A stretch of 63,647 bases of DNA, counting the filler, from Basidiobolus ranarum (taxonomy: Eukaryota): NCBI GenBank assembly GCA_040143965.1. It is 45 parts of 45 records of this genome, joined end to end, with 100 filler letters (N's around TTAATTAATTAA, not from the genome) between each part and the next. Parts side by side here need not be neighbours in the genome. Positions count along the whole stretch, not along the records: positions 24,145 to 25,462 come from JASJQH010005566.1; positions 25,563 to 26,879 come from JASJQH010005567.1; positions 26,980 to 28,296 come from JASJQH010005568.1; positions 28,397 to 29,713 come from JASJQH010005569.1; positions 29,814 to 31,129 come from JASJQH010005570.1; positions 31,230 to 32,545 come from JASJQH010005571.1; positions 32,646 to 33,961 come from JASJQH010005572.1; positions 34,062 to 35,377 come from JASJQH010005573.1; 37 more parts are not named here. One strand, 5' to 3'. Of this stretch, positions 25,371 to 36,532 are shown in pieces. The notes beneath the pieces were generated by a model. The model had not been told where the DNA came from. It saw nothing but the letters and a program-made list of their open reading frames with translations, and searched no databases. Numbering within the stretch: the first letter of the stretch is position 1; the number at the start of each line of letters is the position of its first letter. The translations under genes were made by a program, and so were the position numbers.

Positions 25371-25562
25371 CAAAGATACACAGTTTTTTTAGAAGATACC
25401 ATGTGATTTTGATTGTTAAAGTTCTATTTTAATATCGTAGGAAATTTACAAGGCATTTACATNNNNNNNNNNNNNNNNNNNNNNNNNNNNNNNNNNNNNN
25501 NNNNNNTTAATTAATTAANNNNNNNNNNNNNNNNNNNNNNNNNNNNNNNNNNNNNNNNNNNN

Positions 25563-26879
25563 TGAAAAAAGCTGCTTCAGAAGAAGAACATTCAACTTGA
25601 AATTCAGTCTAGTATTGACTGTGCAGATATCGGGGAAGAACTTAATACAGGATGGCACAATATTGCAGGGTATTCACCAGATTGCCAGAAGAATGGTGAT
25701 TCAGCAATGTTAATACAATGGTGGGCTTTGATGAAGATATTGGTACAATCAAATATTGGATATGAGCCAAAACCTTGGGTTTGAAGAACTTGGTAAAAAT
25801 ATTCAGAAGAATATATCAAAGCTCTTAGGGATTCCAAAGGTGATAAATTAGCATTCAAGTGGTAATGGTTAAAATTTGAGTGACATTTTTTACACATGTG
25901 CTGATCCATAGTTTTTTGAAAATGAAGCCAATCATGTTCAACTATTTTGTGAGATCTTGAAATTTTACTCCTGAAACTGAAAAAATTGATCAAAATTGAT
26001 CTAACTTGATGGTTTTATGATGGTAAGTAAATGGTCAATCCAAAATGGATTAAAATTGTGATGGTCTTCTTACAAAAACAATCTTTGAATTTCTGTCAGG
26101 TATTGGCTTGTGGATTATGAAGAAATCCCAAATAGAAAGGTTTTCATGGGAGATGACCACACATTGGATGCCATTGGAATGGCAACAATTCAAGTCATTT
26201 AAGTGGAGCTTCTGAAGAGAAAGTGTTTACTTTTATTTTTTGGCAAAAATATAAGTTATTTTAACTGGTGCTACTGAAGAGAAGGTGTATACTTGAAAGG
26301 ATTTACTACATGTTCCAGATACTGACAAGAATTTAACAGCTCTACGCAAGGCCACCTCAGAAGAGCTATAAATCAATTTTCATAAGTAGGGATGCACCAT
26401 CACTGATCAAAATAGGGGGTGTTTTGCTTTTGAAGAAAATGATTGGAACTTATACTAACTTACATGGAATCCATGAGGCTTATGTGTAAACATAAGTTAT
26501 TACAATCAAGAAACCAATATTTATGGAATAAGTAATTTGGCCATATTGGATTGGTTAATGGAGCAAAATGATCAAAAATTGCCTGATTTCTGCAATTTAG
26601 ATTGAACCCCCCCAATTGAAATGGAAATTTGTGAGTGTTATATATATATAAAAAAAATGTCAGGCAACCATTCATGAGCTCTGGTTTCAACAAATCTGTC
26701 AAAAAGTTAGATCTAATTTACTAACACCTGCAAATACCTATCCAAAATTTATTTTCATAGGAAAAAAGATATTTAATTGCATTTGTTAATGATTGTACAA
26801 GATGCACTTGGATCTACTTGAAGGAAAGAAAAGAAGAAGCTCACTCTATCTGTAGAGATTTCAAAACACTTGTGGAGAC
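25563..26879 (+). mobile_element. CACTA-like second end (25563-26101) inserted in a Copia protease-integrase fragment (26102-26879)
   Basis: The end reads ...TTTCTGTCAGGT, a variant of TTTCTGTTAGGG. Downstream sequence matches Copia family A at about 10580-11150. Confidence 0.8.
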
Positions 26880-26979
26880 NNNNNNNNNNNNNNNNNNNNN
26901 NNNNNNNNNNNNNNNNNNNNNNNTTAATTAATTAANNNNNNNNNNNNNNNNNNNNNNNNNNNNNNNNNNNNNNNNNNNN

Positions 26980-28296
26980 GGGACATATAGCATGTTACTG
27001 CAGATCAAAGAAGAAATGGGTTTCAAAGAAAAAGGAAGCATACAACACCACTAAAAGAGGAAATGAACACTATGTACTTATGGCAACCTCTAAATCAGGA
27101 AATGACTCTGCTGATGTATGGATTCTAGATTCTGGTGTAAGTGATCATATGTGTCATAATAGAAACATAATGCATGACTTCAATGAAATAGAACTTCTGG
27201 ACATCATGGTAGCTGGAAGAAACAAACTGGTTACATATGGAATGAGAAAGGTCACACTTGACTTACATATAGGTAAAACCAAAAGTGTAATGTAACCTTG
27301 GAAGATATCTTATATATTTCATCATTTATAACAAATCTGTATTCAACTGGAGCAATTGAAAAGAAACATTATGATGTCAAATTCAGCCAAGGAAAAGAAA
27401 CCATATACAAATCAAAAGACTTTGTAGTAGCAATTGGAACAAGAATTGGGAATCTATATCACCTGAATATTGCATGGATAACTGAGACTGTTTCTAACTG
27501 TGTAACAATTACTTCTGGAAACTTGATGACTTGGCATCAGTGCTTGGGTTGTCTAAGCTATAAAAGTGTGAAACTATTATATTAAAATAGCCTATGTACT
27601 GGAATGGATCTTAAGCCCTCAGATATGACTAAATGAGAAAGCTGTATTTAAGGGAAAATCACCAGAAAACCATTTCCAAAAGAAGGAGCCAGGGAAGCCA
27701 AAGATTTGTTGGATCTTATTCTTACAGACATATGTGGCCCAATGCAAATTCTGACATAAAGTAAGCAACTATTTTTATTCATCTTTATTGATGACAAATC
27801 TCAATTGACAGTTTCATATCTTCTGTCAAGCAAAGGAAAAGTGTTTCAACATTTCAAGATATATGAAGCAATGGTCACAAACATAACAGCAAGAAGTATT
27901 AAATACATATGTGATGATAATGGAACTGAATTTAGCAATGAAGCGATGACTAGCTTTTGTCAAGGTAAGGGAATTCAGCAGCAATTTACTATTCCGTATC
28001 ATGCAGAACAAAATAGAGTTGCAGAAAGGATGAATAGGACTTTAGTAGAGAAAGCATGTACAATGCTGATTGATTCCAATCTGCCTAAGACCCATTGGAG
28101 TGAAGCTATTTTAACAGCTACATATCTCCAAAATAGAAGTCCAACATGTAGCAATCACAACTCTAAAGCTCCTATTGAAGGCTGAACTGGAAACAAGCCT
28201 AATCTGAATCACCTCAGAATTTTTGGATCAATAGTATATGCTCATATTCCTAAACCTCAGCATAGGAAATTGGACAAAAAGGCAATTAAATGTATC
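26980..28296 (+). mobile_element. Copia protease, GAG-pre-integrase and integrase (separate family)
   Basis: WILDSGVSDHM, WHQCLG, DICGPM, DNGTEF, EQNRVAERMNRTL and ATYLQNRSP. Confidence 0.95.
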
Positions 28297-28396
28297 NNNN
28301 NNNNNNNNNNNNNNNNNNNNNNNNNNNNNNNNNNNNNNNNTTAATTAATTAANNNNNNNNNNNNNNNNNNNNNNNNNNNNNNNNNNNNNNNNNNNN

Positions 28397-29713
28397 AATT
28401 TTTACCTGATTCAGTGATTGCCAATTGTGTGCAAACAGTACATGACTTCAGGTTTTTCAGATTACCAGTGAAAGCTACACAACCATTTGGACATGAAGGT
28501 AGTTTAATTACTGAGGGATTATAAGTCATACAATTGACAAGTGTTTTCCACTTGTACCAGTTCTGTGGCAAGCAACAGTTGCTAATCAACTGTGATAAAA
28601 GTGTAAGAAAACCAATAAACACCTGTTTGCTAAGATTGGATTGAACTCTCCAATCATCAATAATCAAAGCTGCTTCCTTTGCAGTAAGTGTTATAAGTGG
28701 ACTAATGTTTGCCAATAGCAAAGAGTTTCTAACAAAACCATTGTCTTCTTCAACTTCTGATATACTACCATTGGTATTGGAATAACCAAGGTCAACATCT
28801 AACAGCAAGTCCTCAAAGTTGTCTGGACTTACTGGTTTGACCAAAGTTACATTTTGGCCTACATCATGCTGATCATATAACTGTGGTAACTCCATGGTAT
28901 CTTGACCTATGGCAGTGTTAACAAATTTTTGAGGCAAAGTTCAGTCAGGGGACTCAATGGGTAAAACTAAAGTCAATTTAGTGCACTTATTACTGTTGAT
29001 ATCCACCAGGCTTTGTGCAGCTGGTGGCTTTGTAGAGTGACTGTGCTTGTGTTTTTTCTTCTATGAAGCTTCCAGCCTCCACAGCTCAAGAATTTGTGAA
29101 AATAATAGCAGGGCTTCTTTAAACATTTGTATTGCAGCATGAGAAGGATATTGTAGAAAAAGAATACCTCCCATGTAAGAGTGGTATTTTAGGTATAGCC
29201 CATCAATATCATCAGCTGATTCTGAGACAGTGTCACAGATGAGTCATCAGGGGATCTACAAGATATTTTTGATAATGGATGGCAATTTTAGTTTATAATA
29301 AGGAGTTTTGAAGCAATTTCATTACACCAAGTTTACCATCAGAAAATTTGAACACCATTCAAAAAGCATTCAAAGTCAAAGTCAAAATTGGTTTCCAAGC
29401 CAAAGCCTGCTGGCACAAAAGGAAAAAAACCAGCAACAACAGAGTACTTAATTGATGAGCAGTCCGGCAATTCACTATCCACTTTGGAAGGCATTAACAT
29501 GCTGGAAACTAACTCAAGTAATCATGAAGTATTAATCAATTTAGCAGATGTGTTCCTTTCCAGCAATAGTACAAGTGAAGAGATTGTAATCCCTCAATTA
29601 CATAGTAAATCAATAGTTGAGCAAAGTTCAACCAAAACACCATCAAGACCATCAACTTCCAAAATGACTACTTTGCCCACTATTGAACAACCCTCTGTAG
29701 AAAATATGGATAG
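28397..29713. mobile_element. CACTA-like element centre: transposase N-terminal region (-, about 28397-29140) and ORF1 5' region (+, about 29350-29713)
   Basis: LPQNWYKWK and SCPNGCVAFTGNLKNLKSCTVC match the CACTA/En-Spm Tnp2 motif C-x-N-x-C-x2-F/Y-x-G-x7-C-x2-C. Confidence 0.8.
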
Positions 29714-29813
29714 NNNNNNNNNNNNNNNNNNNNNNNNNNNNNNNNNNNNNNNNNNNNTTAATTAATTAANNNNNNNNNNNNNNNNNNNNNNNNNNNNNNN
29801 NNNNNNNNNNNNN

Positions 29814-31129
29814 ATCCCTGACCATCATTTTCATGCTCTGGAGAGATCAACTCCACTCAGAATTCTGCCCTGATTCATTCTGGCCTATGTAGGCCCTTGA
29901 AATGTGTCACACTAGGTGGTAAGAGGACTTTATTACCTTGATTGATAACAAACAAGATATACTTAGGTATTGTTTCTTGAATCAAAATCTGGAGCCATAA
30001 CCACATTCAAGCACTTCAAAGGAGTGACAGAGAACAATTTAACACAAAAAATAAGGGTACTAAGCAGTGATGATGTTACCAAATACTGCTATAAAGACTT
30101 GGCTAGTTTTTTTCTGAACATTTGTTTATGCAACAAGCTACTGTACCTAATACTTCACAGCAAAATGGAGTTACAGGACAAGTAAACACAACCAAAGTCA
30201 ATATGGCATAATCAATGATACATGTTCAAAAGTCAGATTACTAATATTGGGCTGGATCTCTCCACTGAAGTTTATATCAAGAACAGATGCCGAGCACAAT
30301 TGCTACAATATTCTAATCCATATGAAACCCCATATGGATCAAATCCAAGTGTGGATCCTCTCAAGATTATTGATTGCACAGTATATTACCTTATCCAGCT
30401 CAAAAATGCTCTACATTGGAACCCAAATCCAGTGAATGCTTATTTCTTGGTTACTGCAATGAATCTAAGGCCTACAGACTGTTTGATACCAAAAATCAGA
30501 AGTGAATTAAGTGCCGTGATTTGATTTCTGATGAGAAAGCATATTTCTCACCCCAAATTACACTGTTTGATGCAGAAAATATAATCAGCACTATTATGAA
30601 AGTGCCCAACAAAATTCTAGCTGTATCTGAGCCCTGTTTGACCAAAATTCCTGCCCCAATTACATTACAGGATAACTTATAATCTAAAAGATCATCTACA
30701 AGGAGAATTGAGCAACAGAACTGCTGAAGCATTTCCCATTGTGATGTTTATGTACATGCAGCATTCTGTGAAAAGTCATAAGCTTTGGAGCAAGCTCTAG
30801 AGGGTCCAGAATCAAAATGATTGAAAAGAGCCTGACCAGTTTTCTTTACTTCACAAAAATTAAATGTGGTCTTAAGTCCTTTACCATCAGCAAAAAAGCC
30901 AATAGGTTGCCAATGAGTCTATACAGTCAGAAACCAAGTTTATTGAACCATAGAAAGGAAAAGTGCATGATTAGTTGCAAAGGGCTAATATAAGCCTCCA
31001 GAAGTTAGTTTTAACAAGACATTTGGCCCAGTAGCTAAGTTTAGCTTCTTTAGCTGAATCTTGGCCCTCGCAGCTGTCCATAATCTTAATTTACATCATA
31101 TGGATGTAAAAACATCTTTTTTGAAATGA
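29814..31129 (+). mobile_element. Copia integrase-RT fragment, heavily decayed
   Basis: IHSGLCRP, YIKNR, FGPVAKF and HHMDVKTSFLN remnants. Confidence 0.9.
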
Positions 31130-31229
31130 NNNNNNNNNNNNNNNNNNNNNNNNNNNNNNNNNNNNNNNNNNNNTTAATTAATTAANNNNNNNNNNNNNNN
31201 NNNNNNNNNNNNNNNNNNNNNNNNNNNNN

Positions 31230-32190
31230 AGCACTGGAAATGCATCAATTTATACCAGAAAACCTGATAATTACTCTGAGGATACTGATAATTTGGAACC
31301 AGCATCTGGAAATCAGCATATTATCTCTGCCAATGAAAAAGATGGTAATCAGAAAAAGGATGTTTTTCCAGCCAATCAGTATTTAGGAAATTGGGCTCAA
31401 AAACAAGGCAGTAATTTTCTGACCAATCAAATACCTAAAAAATATCCTACTCTTGATCTGGCTGATATTGGATGCAATCAACTATTGGAAGTGTACAATC
31501 AATCACAACAAGTATTCAATCAATCACAAAATTCAGGCAATCAGATCTCAGAAATCCTATCAAGTGGAAATCAGAAATATGCTGTGAGTGTAATATCTGA
31601 CCATTCTACCAAGGACTTTGGATGTCTCAAAACAGAGCATGCAATCAACAGTTTCAATTCAGAATAAGGGTGGAAAATATCTGCAAATATAGCATTTTCT
31701 GAACCAGAAAATTTGACATAAGCTTGGAAATCTGATGAAGCAACAGAATGGAGAAAAGCCACTGATGATGTAGTTCACTCCCTAATCAAGAATAAGACAT
31801 GGATCCTTGTGGACTTACCTATAGGAAGAAAAACTACTGGTAATAGATGGGTACTGAAACTGAAACTTAACTCAGATGGATCTATTGACCAGTACAAAGC
31901 AAGATTAGTAATAAAAGGCTAGGCTCAGAAACATGGCATTGACTATGTGAAACATTTTCTCCCATTGCTAAGTTTACCTCAATCAGAGTAATCCTGGCCA
32001 TTGCTACCCACCAAGGAATGCTGATTGAACAAATGGATATCAAGAGAGCATTTCATAATGGAGAAGTTGATGAAGATATATATATGGATCAACCAGAGGG
32101 ATATATTGCAAAAGGAAAAGAACGTCAAGTATGCAAACTACAGAGAAGTCTATATGGTCTGAAACAGGCACCTTGTGCATGGAATACCAG
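31230..32190 (+). mobile_element. Copia integrase-RT linker and RT N-terminal half
   Basis: NKTWILVDLP, YKARLV, QMDIKRAFHNG, YMDQPEGY and CKLQRSLYGLKQAP. Confidence 0.95.
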
Positions 32191-32645
32191 ACTACTTATT
32201 CTTTCTGTAGACTTCTCTCCATCCCTGTTCTCCAACCTGGAAACCCCCTAAGGTTGGCTTCCCTCTTATTCCCCATCTTTCCCAAGCTTCCCTGCTAAGG
32301 CAAAGTTACCTTCCATCTTTGGATAATTGCTCTGAGTGCATCCTTGTCAAGACACTACTGGTTGAGTATACAGTTGTTTTTGATCAAAGAAGCTTTAGTA
32401 CTTGATCAAGATCAAAGGACATTGATACCAGCATATTCTTTTGTCAAGGTGCCAATCATTTCTTCAACAGAAAGGTGAATAAAGATAAATATAACAAATA
32501 TGATAAAGACAATAAACTTAAACACTCCCACTCAACTAACTATTTNNNNNNNNNNNNNNNNNNNNNNNNNNNNNNNNNNNNNNNNNNNNTTAATTAATTA
32601 ANNNNNNNNNNNNNNNNNNNNNNNNNNNNNNNNNNNNNNNNNNNN

Positions 32646-32872
32646 ATACTGTTCTGGTAGACTACTTAGAAGAGTCATAATAACATCTTCTTCCTGTAAA
32701 GTTGCACCAATATTTTCCAGTTGTTTTGCCAAAGATCTCACATTTGCAATATGAGTAACCATACTTTCAGACTTTTCCATCTTTATATTGAAGAATTTTT
32801 GTCTGAGAAAGAGTCTATTAGCAAGACTCTTTGCCTCATAACATTCTTCCAATATAGTCCAAGCCTGATGGG
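32646..32872 (-). mobile_element. Copia gag fragment, host of the family A insertion
   Basis: ANRLFLRQKFFNIKM and LLSSLPEQY. Confidence 0.88.
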
Positions 32873-33961
32873 TGTTGAAATTAGCATTGCCTAAGCACCT
32901 ATATAGTCATATATAGCTTAGTACTTAGTTATCTTATAATTCACTAAGATATTGTCAATTATTCTCAATTGGAATTTGCTTTGAATATTTTTACCAACTT
33001 AGAATTTCTCAGATATAAAGATTTTTCAAACTTGTGCTAGAAGCCCCAAACTTTGCACACATGTTCCTGGGACCTTCCTTAACACATTCTACACATTAGT
33101 GTGTTTACATCTGGACAAAACTATAAATGTCAACTTTCTACTCAATAAATGAATAAGTGAAAACCACCAATTCCTCCAATTCTCCAAACCACTTCCAACA
33201 GGCTCCTAATGACTTTAACAGGTTATGAGCCCCAAGCTTGCACTCTCTGAAAAGTCAACTTCTCAGATTTATGGAACATTTCCCTCTTCTGAAAAATTGG
33301 ATGGAACCAATTATCAAGTTTAGAAAATTAAAATGAAAATGCTGCTGCAAGAAAAAGGACTTTTGGACACTGTTGAAGGAGAAGAAAATAATGCAAAACT
33401 TTCTGAAACCAAAGTTTTACTCCAGGTTAAAAAAGAACAAAGTGCCTTCAACACAATTTGTCCTAGTGTTAAAGACAAATTGCTAATTCAATGTTTAAGA
33501 GCTAAAACTGCTAAGAAGGTATGGAAAGCCTTGGAAAACACCTACCAAACAAGTTCTGCTGCCAACCAGATGTTTCTAAGAAGACAAATCTTTAACTTAA
33601 AGATGAAGCCTGGAGAAGTCATTAAATCACTAACTAGTAGAGTCACTATTTTAGTGGATGAAATGGAATGCATTGGAGTACCTACCACTGATCAAGATAT
33701 CATAGTACAGTCCTGACTAGACTGTCACACAAGTTTCAGAGCCTAGTAATGGCTCTAGAATAAGGAACTGAAAATTTGATCTTAAATCATGTATTTGGCA
33801 GACTTCTGGATGAAGATTTATGCAAATCAGGACTCAACCAAAAGAATAAGGAAAATGCTTTAATAGGCTATGGGAAACCTTTCTATAAAGGTCAAAAGCA
33901 CTTTAAGAAGAAAAGTAACACATTCTGTGATTACTGTAAAAGAACTGGCCATTTAAGCAAA
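32873..33961 (+). mobile_element. 5' end of Copia family A: LTR 32873-33220, primer-binding site 33221-33232, gag
   Basis: TGTTGAAA...TTTAACA|GGTTATGAGCCC, then KLDGTNY, MKMLLQEKGL and CDYCKRTGH. Confidence 0.95.
33221..33232 (+). promoter_or_regulatory. Ty5/copia-type primer-binding site for a half-molecule of initiator tRNA-Met
   Basis: GGTTATGAGCCC directly follows the LTR CA. A second copy, GGTTACGAGCCC, lies on the minus strand at 39030-39041. Confidence 0.88.
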
Positions 33962-34061
33962 NNNNNNNNNNNNNNNNNNNNNNNNNNNNNNNNNNNNNNN
34001 NNNNNTTAATTAATTAANNNNNNNNNNNNNNNNNNNNNNNNNNNNNNNNNNNNNNNNNNNN

Positions 34062-34530
34062 GATCCCTTTGGGCTACCCCCCTCCGACCGAACCCGGATG
34101 GCCCCCCCCTCCCCCGCAACCCCCCCCCCCCAGGGGGCCGCCAAAACGGCCCCCCCCCCCCACCCCCCACCCCCCCCACTCAAGACCCCCCCCCCCCCCC
34201 CCCCCCCCAACGGGCGGCGGCGCGGGGGGGGCGCGGGGGGGGCGGGGGGCCTTGGGGCGGGGGGGGGGGGGGGGGCCATCCTTCGGATGGGGGGGTTCGA
34301 CAGGGGGGGGGCTTTGGGCAGGGGGGGCTCCTCCCGAAGGAGGGGGGGCTAAAGGCCCCCCGGGATGTTTAACCATCCCCCCGACCCTTCCCCCCTGGTC
34401 CTACAGGGGGGGCGGGGGAAAGGCCCCTGGTGGGGGGGGGGGGAGGGGGGGAGGGAGGGGGGTCACCCCACCCCGGCTTCGCATCCGGGGGTGAGCCATC
34501 GGCGGAGCGAGGTAGCTGAAAACGGCCAGA
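34062..34530. repeat. Extremely GC-rich poly-C/poly-G cluster region upstream of nad6
   Basis: Long C runs followed by long G runs, with short hairpins such as CCATCC-TTC-GGATGG and GGGATG-TTTAAC-CATCCC. Confidence 0.85.
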
Positions 34531-34534
34531 CGGT

Positions 34535-35356
34535 ATGAAAACATTAGTATTAAATATGTTAACTATAGGAGGTATAGTATCAGGAATAATAACGATAAGT
34601 TCAGTAAATCCTGTATACTCGGTAATAGGATTAATATCAGTATTTGTAATAAGTGCTATCTATTTAATAATATTAGGGGTAACATTCATAGGAATAAGTT
34701 ATCTAATAATATATGTAGGAGCGATAGCAATACTGTTTATATTTGTCGTAATGATGATGAATACACATAGATATATTGAATTAACTGAAGTAGGTAAAGA
34801 ATATACAAGAAATATACCATTAGCAGGTATTATAGGAATGGTGTTTTTATTAGTTCTATATCCTGTTGTGGATGGTGGGACTGCTTCACGGCCTTCCTTA
34901 TTAGGGGGTGGTTACTCTTCATTTGATTCTATCAACTTTGGTGGGGCCAACGCGTTGCCCCCTTTAAGCCGATCCTCGATCGGGCTGGCAGAGGCTGCTT
35001 CACCCACAGGGGCAGCCGAGGAGGGAGTTTCTTTAGTTGCCGGCCCTTTGGCTAACTGGGCACCCTCCTTCGAGGCGCCCCTATCATGGGCCCCGGCCGC
35101 ACCTGCTGCTTTGGCAAATCAAAGCCATATGCATCCGGGTCTAACTGGTTCTACAGTTGAAGTATGGGAAAAAGTTTTAGGTGCCACTTGGGGGGATTTA
35201 AATCAACTTGAATCAATAGGATTAACTCTATATACTAATTTCTTTATCTGGTTCCTAATTGGAAGCTGTATCTTATTATTAGCGATGGTTGGACCTATTG
35301 TTTTAACTTATCGAGCGCGATCACCTGAAGAGGAGACGGCCGAATCTGTTGCATAG
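34535..35356 (+). CDS. nad6: Mitochondrial NADH dehydrogenase subunit 6
   Basis: NPVYSVIGLISVF, YLIIYVGAIAILFIFVVMM, LESIGLTLYT and ILLLAMVGPIVL. A/T-ending codon bias in the membrane segments. Intact 273-aa ORF. Confidence 0.96.
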   Translation: MKTLVLNMLTIGGIVSGIITISSVNPVYSVIGLISVFVISAIYLIILGVTFIGISYLIIYVGAIAILFIFVVMMMNTHRYIELTEVGKEYTRNIPLAGIIGMVFLLVLYPVVDGGTASRPSLLGGGYSSFDSINFGGANALPPLSRSSIGLAEAASPTGAAEEGVSLVAGPLANWAPSFEAPLSWAPAAPAALANQSHMHPGLTGSTVEVWEKVLGATWGDLNQLESIGLTLYTNFFIWFLIGSCILLLAMVGPIVLTYRARSPEEETAESVA

Positions 35357-35477
35357 GCAGATTCCCACCCCCCCCCCNNNNNNNNNNNNNNNNNNNNNNN
35401 NNNNNNNNNNNNNNNNNNNNNTTAATTAATTAANNNNNNNNNNNNNNNNNNNNNNNNNNNNNNNNNNNNNNNNNNNN

Positions 35478-36532
35478 CTGAAAAAATTGATTAAAATGAA
35501 ATCTAACCTGACAATTTAAAGATGGTAAGTAAATGGTCAATACCAAATGGATTAAAATTGTGACAGTTTTCCTATGATAACAATCCTCAAATTTCCTTTA
35601 GGGTGATGATATTGATGGGCTCTACCTAAAATGCCACCCTTATGCAGGTGGTGTTTTTTTTAACAATACCCTTCTCATGCCATAACAGTAATTTTTAAAT
35701 AAGCTCAGCTATTATTGTCACAAATTCTTGTGATATGATAGCCAGAGGTTCATGGAGAATATAATCACAAGCATGGTCACTGTGCAAAGCCACCAGCTGC
35801 ACAAAGCCTTGTCAATATCAACAGTAATAAGCGCACAAAATGGACTTAAGTTTTGCCCAATAAGTCCACTAGCTGTGCTTTGCTTCAATATTTTGGTAAC
35901 ACTGCCAAAAATCAAGATACCATGGAGTTATCACAGATATATGACCAGAATGATGTAGGTAGAAATGCAATTTTGGTCTTAGTCCACTAATAGCACTTAT
36001 GGTAAAAGAAGCAGCTTTGATTATTGAGGAGTAGAGAGTTCAATCCAATCCTAGCAACCAGGTGTTTATTGGTTTTTTTATACTTTTAACATAGTTGATT
36101 GGGAACTGTAGCTTGCTATAGACCTGGTACAAGTGGAAAATACTTGTCAATTGTATCACTCATAATCTTTCCATAAGCAAACTACCTTCATGTCCAAATG
36201 GTTATTTAGCTTTGACTGGTGATCTGAAAGACCTAAAGGCATGTACTGGGCATGCAAACTTGGCCAAAACTGGTGAAGTCAGTTGTCAAATGTGGCATAG
36301 AAGATTAAGCCATATTGGGAAACAAAAACTGACCCAAATGATATGAAATCAGCCTGTTTCAGGCTTGGAAATTTGAAATATCACTAAATTGGATCTGTGT
36401 AAAGGTTGCATATATGGAAAACATCACTTACAGCCGTTTTCAAGCTCTGCAGAGATCAAATCCACTAAGACTTTTTCCATGATACATTCTGACCAATGGG
36501 GACCCATGAAAAATGTCTCACTGGGTGGGAAA
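35478..36532 (+). mobile_element. CACTA-like end (to 35603), transposase 5' region of another copy (to about 36260), then a Copia GAG-pre-integrase piece
   Basis: ...TTTCCTTTAGGG junction, LPSCPNG motif, then WHRRLSH, CKGC and IHSD. Confidence 0.8.

Noticed and set aside
34010..34494. Pro/Gly-rich ORFs in four frames (extensin, formin or collagen-like)
   Set aside because: By-product of C and G homopolymer runs that lack stop codons. There is no coding signature.
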